Assembly: GCA_033764315.1 (NCBI GenBank)
Contig: JANRJA010000184.1
Location: 1 to 27,044, forward strand
Reading direction: 5' to 3'
DNA length: 27,044 bases
Source: Oculatellaceae cyanobacterium bins.114
GTDB taxonomy: Bacteria > Cyanobacteriota > Cyanobacteriia > Elainellales > Elainellaceae
In this document: one piece after another, positions 16,985 through 26,633 of the stretch
Numbering within the stretch: the first letter of the stretch is position 1
Layout: each line of letters starts with the position of its first letter
The notes under the pieces: generated by a model
What the model was told of the DNA's origin: nothing
Databases searched by the model: none
What the model saw: only the letters and a program-made list of their open reading frames with translations
Position numbers and translations under genes: made by a program

Positions 16985-17097
16985 CGTAGAATAGTGACCA
17001 TACTAGTTCTTCTTTAAACCGAAAACCTTTGAGATCCAATTCCCGTCTTTGTGAAAAGGGTTTAAGGAGGAGCAATCCCATTCATTGACACTCTCTC

Positions 17098-18261
17098 ATG
17101 CCGCCCACCCCTCCTACAAAACGACCATCGCGTTCAACTATAAAACGATCATCGCCTCAGGTTGATCCTCCTGGGGCAGGTATAACTTGGGCAAAAGATA
17201 CTGAATTAGTGGGGCTTGTGTTTGAGCTAGAAGCCGCGCAATCTTCAACTCTCTATGCCCAATACACCATTGGTTTACATGCGTGGTTTCTCGATCAAGT
17301 GCGACAAAACAACGCCAAATTGTCGGCTGCACTGCACGATGAGCAAACCGAAAAAGCCTTTACAATTTCTGGTTTAGAAGGGGCACTTATACCCAAAAGT
17401 GGGGGGTTTCAGTTAACCGCAGGCGATCGCTATCGTTGGACGATTACGGCTCTCTCAAAACCTGTGGTGCAATGGCTCGCTCGCTGGCTCAAAGCGTTGC
17501 CGCTGACGGTCGATCTGCGCGATGCTCCGCTGCAAATCAAACAAGTGGCGATCGCCCAGTCACCCACTACCTACGCACACCTGTGGGAATCTGCGGCGAC
17601 CTATTCTAACTCGGTAACGTTGAGTTTTTTGTCTCCTACCAGTTTTCGGCGTCAGGGTCATCACTTTCCGTTGCCTGTGCCCTATAACGTCTATCACAGT
17701 TATCTACGTCGCTGGAATGTGTTTTCTGACCTGCCCTTTGACCCCGATGAGGTCTTAGAGTGGATCGATGAATCGGTGATAGTGCTGCGTCATCGGGTCG
17801 AATCGACCAAAGTGCAAGCTGGAAAACGGGGAACTGTGACGGGGTTCACTGGAGCCGTTGAGTTTGGGCTAGCCACCAAAGCCAGAGCCGATGAGGAATG
17901 GGTGCAACTATTTTATGCCTTATCTAACCTGGCTCCCTATTGCGGAACGGGGCACAAAACCACTTTTGGGTTGGGGCAAACCCGCCTGAATTGGGATATT
18001 GCAGAGACACCCACTCTATCGACTAGAGAAAATTTAGTGGCTGAACGAATTGCCGAATTGACTGACTTGTTTATTGCTCAACGTAAACGCATTGGGGGCG
18101 ATCGCGCGACAACAGTGGCAGAAAAGATGGCAACGATCTTGGCACGGCGGGAATTGGGGGAATCTTTGCAGGCGATCGCGGCGGATTTAGAGATGCCCTA
18201 CGGCACCGTAAAGACCTATGTGAAGTTGGCACGACGGGCGTTGAAGGGGGATGAGGAGTAA
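17098..18261 (+). CDS. cas6: CRISPR-associated endoribonuclease Cas6 with C-terminal HTH extension
   Basis: GLHAWFL, KAFTIS, FLSPTSFR, GFTGAVEF, Gly-rich loop YCGTGHKTTFGLG; extra ~85 aa ending GESLQAIAADLEMPYGTVKTYVKLARRAL. Adjacent to the array. Confidence 0.95.
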   Translation: MPPTPPTKRPSRSTIKRSSPQVDPPGAGITWAKDTELVGLVFELEAAQSSTLYAQYTIGLHAWFLDQVRQNNAKLSAALHDEQTEKAFTISGLEGALIPKSGGFQLTAGDRYRWTITALSKPVVQWLARWLKALPLTVDLRDAPLQIKQVAIAQSPTTYAHLWESAATYSNSVTLSFLSPTSFRRQGHHFPLPVPYNVYHSYLRRWNVFSDLPFDPDEVLEWIDESVIVLRHRVESTKVQAGKRGTVTGFTGAVEFGLATKARADEEWVQLFYALSNLAPYCGTGHKTTFGLGQTRLNWDIAETPTLSTRENLVAERIAELTDLFIAQRKRIGGDRATTVAEKMATILARRELGESLQAIAADLEMPYGTVKTYVKLARRALKGDEE

Positions 18262-18368
18262 GAGCGAGTTTTAGTGAACATTTTCTGCTTGAAGTTCTGT
18301 GAAATGGGCTTCTTACAGCTTCTTGTGTTAACCATTTGCCGCTCTTGTTAGTAACTCTAAAAGATCAT

Positions 18369-18485
18369 TTATGGTTGTCGTTCTACTTTGGCTGCAATTC
18401 TTTCGACAGCACGAACTAACCGTCCCATAAGGACGACATGTGCAATCAGTGTTGTATAGATCAGAACGTTAATTATGACATCCAT
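18369..18485 (-). CDS. 38-aa small membrane protein (below ORF-track cutoff)
   Basis: MDVIINVLIYTTLIAHVVLMGRLVRAVERIAAKVERQP; GAGGT RBS 5 nt before the ATG; hydrophobic N-half and amphipathic C-half. Confidence 0.55.
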   Translation of the reverse strand: MDVIINVLIYTTLIAHVVLMGRLVRAVERIAAKVERQP

Positions 18486-18509
18486 TGTGAACCTCAAAAT
18501 GTTAGAGCG

Positions 18510-18543
18510 TGCTTTAAAGATTGAACTGCTTTAAAGATTGCAC
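18510..18543. repeat. 17-bp tandem direct repeat
   Basis: tgctttaaagattgaac tgctttaaagattgcac (16/17 identical). Confidence 0.8.
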
Positions 18544-18609
18544 TAAAAAAACTACCTCAATCTAAACAAAGTTGATCCTAACTTAACTCTCTAAAAATTG
18601 TGAAAAATG

Positions 18610-18642
18610 TCTCGTTCTATCACTTTCTATCATCACGTTCTA
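18610..18642. promoter_or_regulatory. Three 10-bp direct repeats (possible operator)
   Basis: tctcgttcta / tcactttcta / (tca) tcacgttcta, upstream of the 38-aa ORF. Confidence 0.4.
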
Positions 18643-18787
18643 CAGAGTGACAGCGTCTCTAAAAAAAGTGCGAGTGCTCCTCATTTTTAGATATATGTAG
18701 AGATAAACATTTTATCCTAATTTGATTTGAAAGTACCCCTCCCAAGCTCTCCTTGGCAAATTACCGTGTAGACACTCACCCAAACCA

Positions 18788-18885
18788 CCCTCACCCCTTG
18801 TGTTCCCCTCTCCCAGAACGGGCGAGGGGAAGGAGTTTCCCGCTCCCCTTCTCCTATTTTGGGAGAAGGGGTTGGGGGATGAGGG
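18788..18885. repeat. REP-like palindromic cyanobacterial dispersed element
   Basis: CCCTCACCCC ... CCCCTCTCCC-agaac-GGGCGAGGGG ... CCCCTTCTCC-tattttg-GGAGAAGGGG ... GGGGATGAGGG: two inner hairpins inside terminal inverted repeats. Confidence 0.75.
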
Positions 18886-18998
18886 CGAATAGGATCTGGC
18901 GGATTTTCAGAGACTTTTGCGTAATAGATAGCCTTGACAAGGGAAGGTGCTGTAGGACGTTCGGCGATGCTCAGTCAAGCCGTCGAGCCGCGTTGAGG

Positions 18999-19934
18999 TC
19001 ATTCGTGTTTGAGGGTGCGCCATGATTGTTGCGGTGAGATGAGAATGGCGATCGCAATCTTTACCCAAATCACGAGCATCAACTTTGAGCGTTTGAGCCA
19101 ACTGGGGTCATAGCGCATTACCGTCCAAAAAAATCGAGCGGCTGCAACTCCTCGCTGCCGTTCTAGTGAGCCTTCTAGAGCTTTTAAGGTGAAATATTGA
19201 TAGCGACTTGTCAAGACTTGCCGCTTTAAGGGTTGCAGAGATTCAGGAGCCTGTTGAAAGGCTCGCTCAATCACCCGCAGACTGCCAGATTCCATTTGCC
19301 ATAGGTTACAGGAGGCAGAGTGAGACGAGACGCGATAGAGAACGTGGGGGAATGGAACAGCAATAAATTCATATCGAGCGGCTAACCGTAACCATAAATC
19401 CCAATCTTCAGCAAATGAAAGAGTTTCATCAAAGGTGCCAACGACATCTAAGGCTTGGCGTCGCACTAAGACATTAGAACCGCTTTCAATAAAGTCTCGC
19501 AGTAATAGTTTTTCATAAACCTTGCCAGTGGCTGTACTGCGTCCAGCAGGACGAAGGGGGCGATCGCTTTCGTCAATCCAGTCTGTCCAGCTATAGGCAA
19601 CCGCTGCATTAGGATGGGTCTGCAAGGCGTTTAGTTGAGCAGCAAGTTTATCAGTTGTCCACAGGTCATCAGCATCAATGAAGGCGATGAACTCTCCAGT
19701 TGCCAGCGCAATGCCGCGATTACGGCTAGCCGATACCCCTGAGTTGGGATAAGACAAAAGCTGGATGCGGGGGTCAGCCATGCTATTAACAATTTCTAAG
19801 GTGCGATCGCTCGAACCATCGTTGATAATCAACAATTCAAAGTCAGTAAAGGTTTGCTTGAGGACAGATTCGACCGTTCGTTGAATGGTTTTTTCACCGT
19901 TATAGACTGGAAGAATAACTGAGATCAGTGGCAA
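18999..19934 (-). CDS. Glycosyltransferase family 2
   Basis: ISVILPVYN, INDGSSD, SRNRG, FIDADD, EDWDLWLRL; TTG start with GGAGG RBS. Confidence 0.93.
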   Translation of the reverse strand: MPLISVILPVYNGEKTIQRTVESVLKQTFTDFELLIINDGSSDRTLEIVNSMADPRIQLLSYPNSGVSASRNRGIALATGEFIAFIDADDLWTTDKLAAQLNALQTHPNAAVAYSWTDWIDESDRPLRPAGRSTATGKVYEKLLLRDFIESGSNVLVRRQALDVVGTFDETLSFAEDWDLWLRLAARYEFIAVPFPHVLYRVSSHSASCNLWQMESGSLRVIERAFQQAPESLQPLKRQVLTSRYQYFTLKALEGSLERQRGVAAARFFWTVMRYDPSWLKRSKLMLVIWVKIAIAILISPQQSWRTLKHE

Positions 19935-19990
19935 TTGACCCTCCTTATTAAATTAATCAAGTCTCATTTCAGATCTTTCTAAACTTTCCT

Positions 19991-20983
19991 TTAAAGGCGG
20001 GGTAGTTCTAAACGAAAGTATCCATACAACGTTGTAATATCTGAAAGTTTTCCGGTTTTGGCAAAAATAGTTTGAGCGATCGAAGCTGGAAATAGCCCTG
20101 TAGTCGAAATTCTAAATAGCAGTTTCCCAAATACTTTTTGTTTGATTAAAATTGGATCATTTTTAATAATATGGGTTAAAAATCGAGCCGCTTGTACTGC
20201 ATTTTTTCGCTGGGGTTTTCCTTCCAGGACTTTGCAGGTCAAGTATTTATAAATGTTTCCTATTACTAAAGGTTTAAGAGCTTTAAGAGATGCTGAATCT
20301 CGACTAAAAGCTCGATCGATTACTTGTAAACAAGCCGCTTCCATCCGTGGAATATTACGAGTCATGGCTTGAGGGGATATTCGATATAAAACCTGAGCTT
20401 TGGGAACACCAACAAAGGCATATTGAGCGGCCAATCGTAGCCACATATCCCAATCTTCGGCAGAGGGTAAGTTAGGATCAAATCCACCGATTTGGGCGAT
20501 CGCCTCTGCTTTGATCAGGGGGTTTGAGCCGTTCTCAATAAAATTCATGAGTAAGAGCTGAGCGTATACATTTTGAGTGGCGGTGAAATGGCTGCCGACT
20601 CGCAAAAAACGGCTAGATTCATCAATGTAATCTGTCCAACTGTAGGCAACAGCCGCCTCAGGAGCCGACTGGAGAGCATTAAATTGAGCCTCTAATTTAT
20701 CGGGAGTCCACAAATCATCGGCATCTAAAAAGGCTAAATAACGACCAGACGCATGGGCAATCCCGCGATTGCGACTAATGGGGAGGTTGCCTTTGGGATA
20801 GGAAAAAACCCGAATGCGAGGATCTGAAAAAGAATTAATAACGTCTAATGTTTGATCGTCAGAACTGTCATTAATAATAATGTATTCAAAGTCAGTGAAA
20901 GTCTGACTGAGGACAGAGGCGATTGTCTCTCCAATCGTTTTTTCACCATTATAAACCGGTGTAATAATTGAAATTTGGGGCAT
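19991..20983 (-). CDS. Glycosyltransferase family 2
   Basis: ISIITPVYN, FLDADD, EDWDMWLRL; ATG at 20983 (MPQISII) preferred by alignment to its neighbours. Confidence 0.92.
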   Translation of the reverse strand: MPQISIITPVYNGEKTIGETIASVLSQTFTDFEYIIINDSSDDQTLDVINSFSDPRIRVFSYPKGNLPISRNRGIAHASGRYLAFLDADDLWTPDKLEAQFNALQSAPEAAVAYSWTDYIDESSRFLRVGSHFTATQNVYAQLLLMNFIENGSNPLIKAEAIAQIGGFDPNLPSAEDWDMWLRLAAQYAFVGVPKAQVLYRISPQAMTRNIPRMEAACLQVIDRAFSRDSASLKALKPLVIGNIYKYLTCKVLEGKPQRKNAVQAARFLTHIIKNDPILIKQKVFGKLLFRISTTGLFPASIAQTIFAKTGKLSDITTLYGYFRLELPRL

Positions 20984-20991
20984 ACCCTTAT

Positions 20992-21990
20992 TCAAGCTAA
21001 TTGATTAGGATCAGAGACAGTCAAGCTGACAATTGCATTAATATTGAACAACGTTTTGAATCGATCAAATAACAGAGTGGCGATCGCAGGAGGTAACATC
21101 ATCATCAACCCTGCTTTTACAAACAATTTAATCGTGATGCGCTGACGTAATAAGCGTGGATCATAGTAGATGTTTTTCCACAACACCCGCAGGGCTTCTA
21201 ACCCTTGTTTTGCATGGGGAGTATCGGTCAAGATCTTGAAGAGCATCGCTTTATAAAAGTTGGCGATGCTATGGCGTTTGAGCGATCGCGGCAAGGGGGT
21301 GGGGGCTTGATCAAAATACTTTTCTCGGACTAACAGGCTGGTATTTTCCCACCGTTTTAGGTTGCTCGACATAGAGTTAGATACGCGACGATAGAGCACT
21401 TTGGGGGAGGGAACAGCGACAAATTCATAATGGGCAGCAAGTCGCAGGTAAAAATCAAAATCTTGACTGGCCGCGAGGGTTTCATCAAAGCCGCCGACCT
21501 CGGTGATGGCTTGGCGAGCGATCAGAGGGTTGGAGCCACTCACCACAAAACAACTTAAGAGCAGGGCAGCGTAGACGTTGCCATTGGCGGTGATGTGGCA
21601 GCAGGGGCCTAAGCGATCGCTATTGTGGTCAATCAGATCCGTCCAACAATAGGCGACTTTGGCGGTTGGATTGGCTTGTAAGACTTGCAGCTGGGCGGCT
21701 AATTTGTCAGGAGTCCACAAATCATCGGCATCTAAAAAGGCGATGAAGTCTCCGGTGGCATGGATGAGGCCGCGATTGCGACTGAGGGCGACCCCACCGT
21801 TGGGGTAAGAGAAGACCTGGACACGCGGATCGGGAATGGCAGAAACGATATCCAGGGTCGCATCCTGAGAACCATCGTTAATCACAATCAACTCCAGATC
21901 AGAATGGGTTTGATTGAGAACAGAGGCAATCGTTTCTGAAATGGTCGTCGCGGCATTATAGGCTGGAATAATCACAGAGATCAGCGGCAC
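20992..21990 (-). CDS. Glycosyltransferase family 2
   Basis: ISVIIPAYN, INDGSQD, FLDADD, QDFDFYLRL; GTG at 21990 with GAGGA RBS preferred. Confidence 0.92.
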   Translation of the reverse strand: MPLISVIIPAYNAATTISETIASVLNQTHSDLELIVINDGSQDATLDIVSAIPDPRVQVFSYPNGGVALSRNRGLIHATGDFIAFLDADDLWTPDKLAAQLQVLQANPTAKVAYCWTDLIDHNSDRLGPCCHITANGNVYAALLLSCFVVSGSNPLIARQAITEVGGFDETLAASQDFDFYLRLAAHYEFVAVPSPKVLYRRVSNSMSSNLKRWENTSLLVREKYFDQAPTPLPRSLKRHSIANFYKAMLFKILTDTPHAKQGLEALRVLWKNIYYDPRLLRQRITIKLFVKAGLMMMLPPAIATLLFDRFKTLFNINAIVSLTVSDPNQLA

Positions 21991-22090
21991 AGTCCTCAAA
22001 CTCCCTGAGAACAGCAAAATATAACTGAATTCTATGTCAGAAGTGAAATAGAGCTTGAAAAGATCAGGGACGAGTAGATAAAGCTATGAT

Positions 22091-23041
22091 TTATTTTTTT
22101 AAGTTGAGTTTTAAAAAGTAAAAGGGACTGAGTAGACTGCCCCAAAAAAATTCAAGCTCAAAGGCCGGAACTAACTCCGTTTTGAGTTGATTGCGATATT
22201 TTAGAGTGTGCAGACAGACGCGCCGAAAGTTACCCAATAATGTACGGATAAAAATAATTGGTTTTTCCCAGGGTTGAGCCAAGATCATCCGCAGTTGGCA
22301 GGTCGCTAAACCGTTGCCACGGGCGATCGCCAGCAAATAGTCTCGTTCAAACCGCCATTTAGGAATCTGGTGGTAAGTGTGCAGGGTTGGGGTATACCAA
22401 ATTTCCCATCCGGCTTTGTGGATGTATAGGAGTGGTTCGTAGTCTTCACCTTGAACGAGAACTCCTGGACGTTTGCCTGTAAGAATTTGACGCGCTGGAA
22501 CACTATCTAACCACACCTGTTTTCGCACAATCAAGCAGGCAGCAGGGGGAAGACGCAAATCGGGGGGGCTGAATAGGCGAGGGGTTGAGCCGTGACCTCG
22601 AATGGCAAGGTAAGGTTGAATTTTTTGGAAGTTTTGAGGGGGTTCAACCTCATACTCTCCATGAATTTGACCGCTATAGGCTCCAGCATTGGGGTGCTTA
22701 AGACTAAAGGTGTAGGCGGCGGTTAACCAATTGGAATCGGGCAAATTGTCATCATCTAAAAACCCAACCAGAGTGCCCTGAGCCTCTCGAATGGCGCGTT
22801 GTCGAGCAAAGGCGGCTCCCTGTTCGGCTTCAAAGCAATAGCGCAACGGAAACGGATGGATCCAGTTTGCCTGATAGTCGGCAATGACTTGAGCGGTGTC
22901 ATCACTGCTGTTGTTGTCAACGATGAGAATCTCCCAAGCGATCGCCTCAGGGTTGATTAGCGATCGCAACCGATCGAGCAGTATTGGCAGCCGTTTTGCT
23001 CCGTTAAAGGTGGGGATCGCTACTGTGAAGTCAAGGGACAT
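22091..23041 (-). CDS. hpsE: Glycosyltransferase family 2, HpsE-like (hormogonium polysaccharide biosynthesis)
   Basis: FTVAIPTFNG, VDNNSSD, QGAAFAR, GFLDDDNLP, GEDYE, GWEIWY, HQIPKWR. GT2 is secure; the HpsE assignment is by family recognition. Confidence 0.8.
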   Translation of the reverse strand: MSLDFTVAIPTFNGAKRLPILLDRLRSLINPEAIAWEILIVDNNSSDDTAQVIADYQANWIHPFPLRYCFEAEQGAAFARQRAIREAQGTLVGFLDDDNLPDSNWLTAAYTFSLKHPNAGAYSGQIHGEYEVEPPQNFQKIQPYLAIRGHGSTPRLFSPPDLRLPPAACLIVRKQVWLDSVPARQILTGKRPGVLVQGEDYEPLLYIHKAGWEIWYTPTLHTYHQIPKWRFERDYLLAIARGNGLATCQLRMILAQPWEKPIIFIRTLLGNFRRVCLHTLKYRNQLKTELVPAFELEFFWGSLLSPFYFLKLNLKK

Positions 23042-23072
23042 AGATGATAAGTGGCGTGAGGACTAGAAGAAG

Positions 23073-24086
23073 TTAGCTATAAACAGAGTTGATATCGGTG
23101 GACTCTGACCGATTTAGATGCTGCTTCCGAAAATATCCCTTGCTATAGAGATAAAAAGGACTGATCAGGCTGTTTATAAAGAGCTGCATTTCACAGGCGG
23201 CTGCCAAATCAGTGGTAACACGAGTGCGATATTTCAAAAGGTGCATGATGATCTTACGCAGATCATTGAGGCTATAGGCAGCCAACATCCAGGGTCTTTG
23301 CCAAGGCTTTACACTCAACATGCGCGACACATGGCGACTTAAGCCAATACCCTGAAAGAAGGGAATTAGATAGGCTTTTTCTAAACGCCATCGAGGAATT
23401 TTGTGGATAATCTCCATGTCGGCGTTGTACCAGATATCCCAGCCTGCCTGCTGAATGTAGGCAATCACTTCTAAATCTTCCCCAGTCAACATCGACCCTT
23501 CTACTCTGCCACTAAGAATCGTGTGTTGAGGCACGCTGTTTAACCACGCCTGTTTACGCACTACCAAGCCCGCTGAGGGGGGCAATAACTTTTTAGAGGG
23601 GTCATAGCGTAGAGGTTTGGGGCCTCGTTCGGTAATGGCTAGAAACGGAATGAGCCGCCGAAGCTCGTGGGGAGGCTCGACTTCAAAATCGCCGTGAATG
23701 CGGCTCCCAAAGGCACCTGCATTGGGTTGTGTTTGAGCAAACTGATAGGCTGCCGCCACCCAGTTGAGGGCAGGTAGGTTGTCATCGTCTAGAAACCCGA
23801 TTAGCTCGCTGCGGGCTTCCAGGATCGCTCGTTTTCGGGCAAAAGCAGCCCCTTGGCGCAGTTCAGAAACACAACGCAGAGCGTGAGGAAAATTTGCCTG
23901 GTAGGTCTGAACGAGTCTAACCGTTCCATCCTGGCTGTTATTGTCGATGACAATAACCTCGATGGGCAGGTGCTCTATATCTGTTTGCGATCGCAACCGT
24001 TCCAACACTTCCGGTAAGCGTTGCTCACCATTGTATGTAGGAATAGCTACCGTGAATTTCACCGTATTCATAGGCTCGTTGCTCAC
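23073..24086 (-). CDS. hpsE: Glycosyltransferase family 2, HpsE-like
   Basis: FTVAIPTYNG, IDNNSQD, QGAAFAR, GFLDDDNLP, GEDLE, HKIPRWRL; tandem paralogue of 22091..23041. Start may be the ATG at 24071. Confidence 0.8.
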   Translation of the reverse strand: MSNEPMNTVKFTVAIPTYNGEQRLPEVLERLRSQTDIEHLPIEVIVIDNNSQDGTVRLVQTYQANFPHALRCVSELRQGAAFARKRAILEARSELIGFLDDDNLPALNWVAAAYQFAQTQPNAGAFGSRIHGDFEVEPPHELRRLIPFLAITERGPKPLRYDPSKKLLPPSAGLVVRKQAWLNSVPQHTILSGRVEGSMLTGEDLEVIAYIQQAGWDIWYNADMEIIHKIPRWRLEKAYLIPFFQGIGLSRHVSRMLSVKPWQRPWMLAAYSLNDLRKIIMHLLKYRTRVTTDLAAACEMQLFINSLISPFYLYSKGYFRKQHLNRSESTDINSVYS

Positions 24087-24402
24087 AGTACGAGATTACA
24101 AAATCCTAACTCTGAAACGTCTTAGCATCTAAAAAACATCAGTAAGGAGTCGTTCTAATTGATTAAGGTTTGATGTGGATTAGGGCGAAAACGTACGTAG
24201 AAACACGGAGTAACTCTAAAGGAAGCAAAACTTCGTCTCAACTTATTACGAGAACAACTTGGACTGAAAGCTTAGAGGCTTGATTGGGAACTGAGTATTT
24301 TTGTTGGTAGGGTACCCTTAACGATGCTGTTACCGACTAGCCCTAAGTTAAACTTCAAAGAACGCATCCGATTTGAGTCACGACGGTTTTTGATAGGAGA
24401 AA

Positions 24403-26406
24403 CTAAGCGCGTTTACCGAGTAACTTATCTCTCAGATGCTTAATGCGATCGCGAAGCTTTGCAGCCTCTTCAAACTCTAATCGCTTGGCTGCATCCTTCA
24501 TTTGAGACTCTAATTGAACAATGAGGTCTGGAATACTCTCCAAAGGTAGATCCTCAGAATGTTCATAGGCAACCTCTAACTCCTGGGCACTGAGTCGCCG
24601 AGATACTTCTAAAAACGACAAGATGGAGTTACTCGACTTTTTGACGATGGGCTGAGGAACAACCCCATGTCGGGTATTGTATTCCGTTTGAATTGCCCGT
24701 CGGCGTTCGGTCTCACTAATTGCTTTTGCCATGCTGTCTGTTAGGTTATCGGCATAGAGAATGGCCTGTCCCTGAACGTGGCGTGCCGCTCGACCAATGG
24801 TTTGGATGAGCGATCGCTCTGCCCGCAAGAATCCCTCTTTATCAGCATCTAAGATGGCTACGAGAGAAACTTCTGGTAAATCTAGCCCTTCTCTAAGCAG
24901 GTTGACTCCAATTAACACATCAAAAGTTCCCTCGCGCAAATCTTGTAAAATCTCAATCCGCTCAATAGAGTTGATTTCTGAGTGCAAATAGCGGACTCGC
25001 ACACTGCGTTCTTGCAGATATTCCGTCAGGTCTTCTGCCATTCGTTTAGTCAGGGTCGTCACCAAGGTGCGCTCGTTGCGTTTGGCACGTTCTTGAATCT
25101 CGCCCAACAAATCATCGATTTGACCTTCTGTGGGACGCACAAAAATCTCTGGATCGAGCACTCCTGTAGGACGAATGATCTGTTCTGCGACTCGCCCTTC
25201 AGAGATTTCTAGTTCCCAGTCTCCAGGGGTCGCTGAGACAAAAACGCATTGGTTGACTTTTTCCCAAAACTCCTCAGCCTTAAGAGGACGGTTGTCAGCT
25301 GCACTGGGTAAGCGAAACCCGTGATCGATGAGAACCAGCTTGCGAGAGCGATCGCCATTGTACATAGCGCGAATTTGAGGCAAGGTGACGTGAGACTCAT
25401 CAATCACCAAGAGCCAATCTTTAGGAAAATAGTCGATTAAGCATTCGGGAGGAGATCCGGGAATGCGTCCTGCCAGATGTCGGGCGTAGTTTTCAACGCC
25501 GTTACAATAACCTACTTCTCGCAGCATCTCCAGGTCATAACGGGTGCGCTGTTCTAGTCGTTGTGCCTCTAAGAGTTTGTTTTGGCTTTCCAATTCTTGG
25601 AGGCGATCGCGCATCTCTTGTTCGATCGCTTCGCAGGCTTCTTGCAGTCGGTCTTCGGGGGTGACAAAGTGGCGTGCCGGATAGATGTTTAGAGCATCCA
25701 TGCTTTGCAGCGTTGCGCCTGTAATGGGGTCAATATAGCGAATGGCATCAATCTCATCGCCGTAAAACTCAATGCGAATCACCCGATCTTCGTAGGCAGG
25801 GCCAATCTCTAACACGTCACCTTTGACCCGAAATCGTCCTCGATTCAGATCTAAGTCGTTGCGTTCGTATTGAATGGAGGCTAAATCGCGAAGAATTTGC
25901 CGTTGATCTACTTCCATCCCTACCTTAAAGGGGATTGAAGCATTCAGATATTCAGAGGGAATTCCTAAGCCGTAGATGCAACTGATAGAGGCGACTACAA
26001 TGACATCTTGCCGCTCAAATAGCGATCGCGTGGCGGAGTGACGCAACATGTCAATTTCGTCGTTGATAGAGGCGGTTTTGGCGATGTAGGTGTCGGTGAC
26101 GGGAATGTAGGCTTCAGGTTGATAGTAGTCGTAATAACTGATGAAATATTCAACCGCATTGTTAGGAAAAAAGTCACGAAACTCGTTGCAAAGTTGCGCG
26201 GCCAGAGTCTTGTTGTGAGCCAGAACTAAGGTGGGTTTGCCGACATTTTGAATGAGGCGAGCAATGGTGTGGGTCTTTCCGGTGCCGGTGGCTCCCAAGA
26301 GGGTTTGATATCGGTGGTTTTCGTTTACAAATGTGGTGAGTTGAGCGATCGCTTTGGGTTGATCGCCTGTTGGCTCAAACGGTGCTTGGATGTCAAACTT
26401 CCCCAT
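24403..26406 (-). CDS. uvrB: Excinuclease ABC subunit B
   Basis: [47 protein letters not shown] motif (VNLLREGLD), QTIGRAAR, C-terminal UVR domain; ATG at 26406 preferred. Confidence 0.98.
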   Translation of the reverse strand: MGKFDIQAPFEPTGDQPKAIAQLTTFVNENHRYQTLLGATGTGKTHTIARLIQNVGKPTLVLAHNKTLAAQLCNEFRDFFPNNAVEYFISYYDYYQPEAYIPVTDTYIAKTASINDEIDMLRHSATRSLFERQDVIVVASISCIYGLGIPSEYLNASIPFKVGMEVDQRQILRDLASIQYERNDLDLNRGRFRVKGDVLEIGPAYEDRVIRIEFYGDEIDAIRYIDPITGATLQSMDALNIYPARHFVTPEDRLQEACEAIEQEMRDRLQELESQNKLLEAQRLEQRTRYDLEMLREVGYCNGVENYARHLAGRIPGSPPECLIDYFPKDWLLVIDESHVTLPQIRAMYNGDRSRKLVLIDHGFRLPSAADNRPLKAEEFWEKVNQCVFVSATPGDWELEISEGRVAEQIIRPTGVLDPEIFVRPTEGQIDDLLGEIQERAKRNERTLVTTLTKRMAEDLTEYLQERSVRVRYLHSEINSIERIEILQDLREGTFDVLIGVNLLREGLDLPEVSLVAILDADKEGFLRAERSLIQTIGRAARHVQGQAILYADNLTDSMAKAISETERRRAIQTEYNTRHGVVPQPIVKKSSNSILSFLEVSRRLSAQELEVAYEHSEDLPLESIPDLIVQLESQMKDAAKRLEFEEAAKLRDRIKHLRDKLLGKRA

Positions 26407-26633
26407 ACGTACCACCATCGCTATCAATACATCTCTATAATGACGGATTCGTTAAATTATGGTCGCATCCGTTGAGACGATCTCGGCAGTTTTATCGCCA
26501 TTGATAGAGGTGATTGTGACAGAGTACAAAGCTTAGCCGTCTAAATAGGAGCGCAATCGACGGCTAAAGTATTAATTCTAGAACCATGAGACTTACAAAG
26601 AGTCTACTTGTGAGATTGCTAGACTTGGTTTGA

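Noticed and set aside
16985..16997. Putative guide CGTAGAATAGTGA targeting the TAGAA(A/C)GTGA repeats at 18610-18642 (CreTA-like circuit)
   Set aside because: The match is about 10 nt and needs a gap in the seed; chance level.
16646..17017. 123-aa (+) and 91-aa (-) ORFs as cas2/cas4 remnants
   Set aside because: No Cas motifs recognised, and they overlap leader motifs and hairpins.
2771..18261. CHAT + sigma-like genes as a CRISPR-associated (Craspase-like) system
   Set aside because: No Cas7-11 or Cas10 is present, the CHAT protein is STAND/WD40-type, and the adjacency to the array passes through an IS-associated deletion junction, so linkage may be accidental.
18753..19101. 90-aa and 64-aa ORFs
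   Set aside because: They overlap the REP-like palindrome and the GT2 3' end; composition reflects the repeat.
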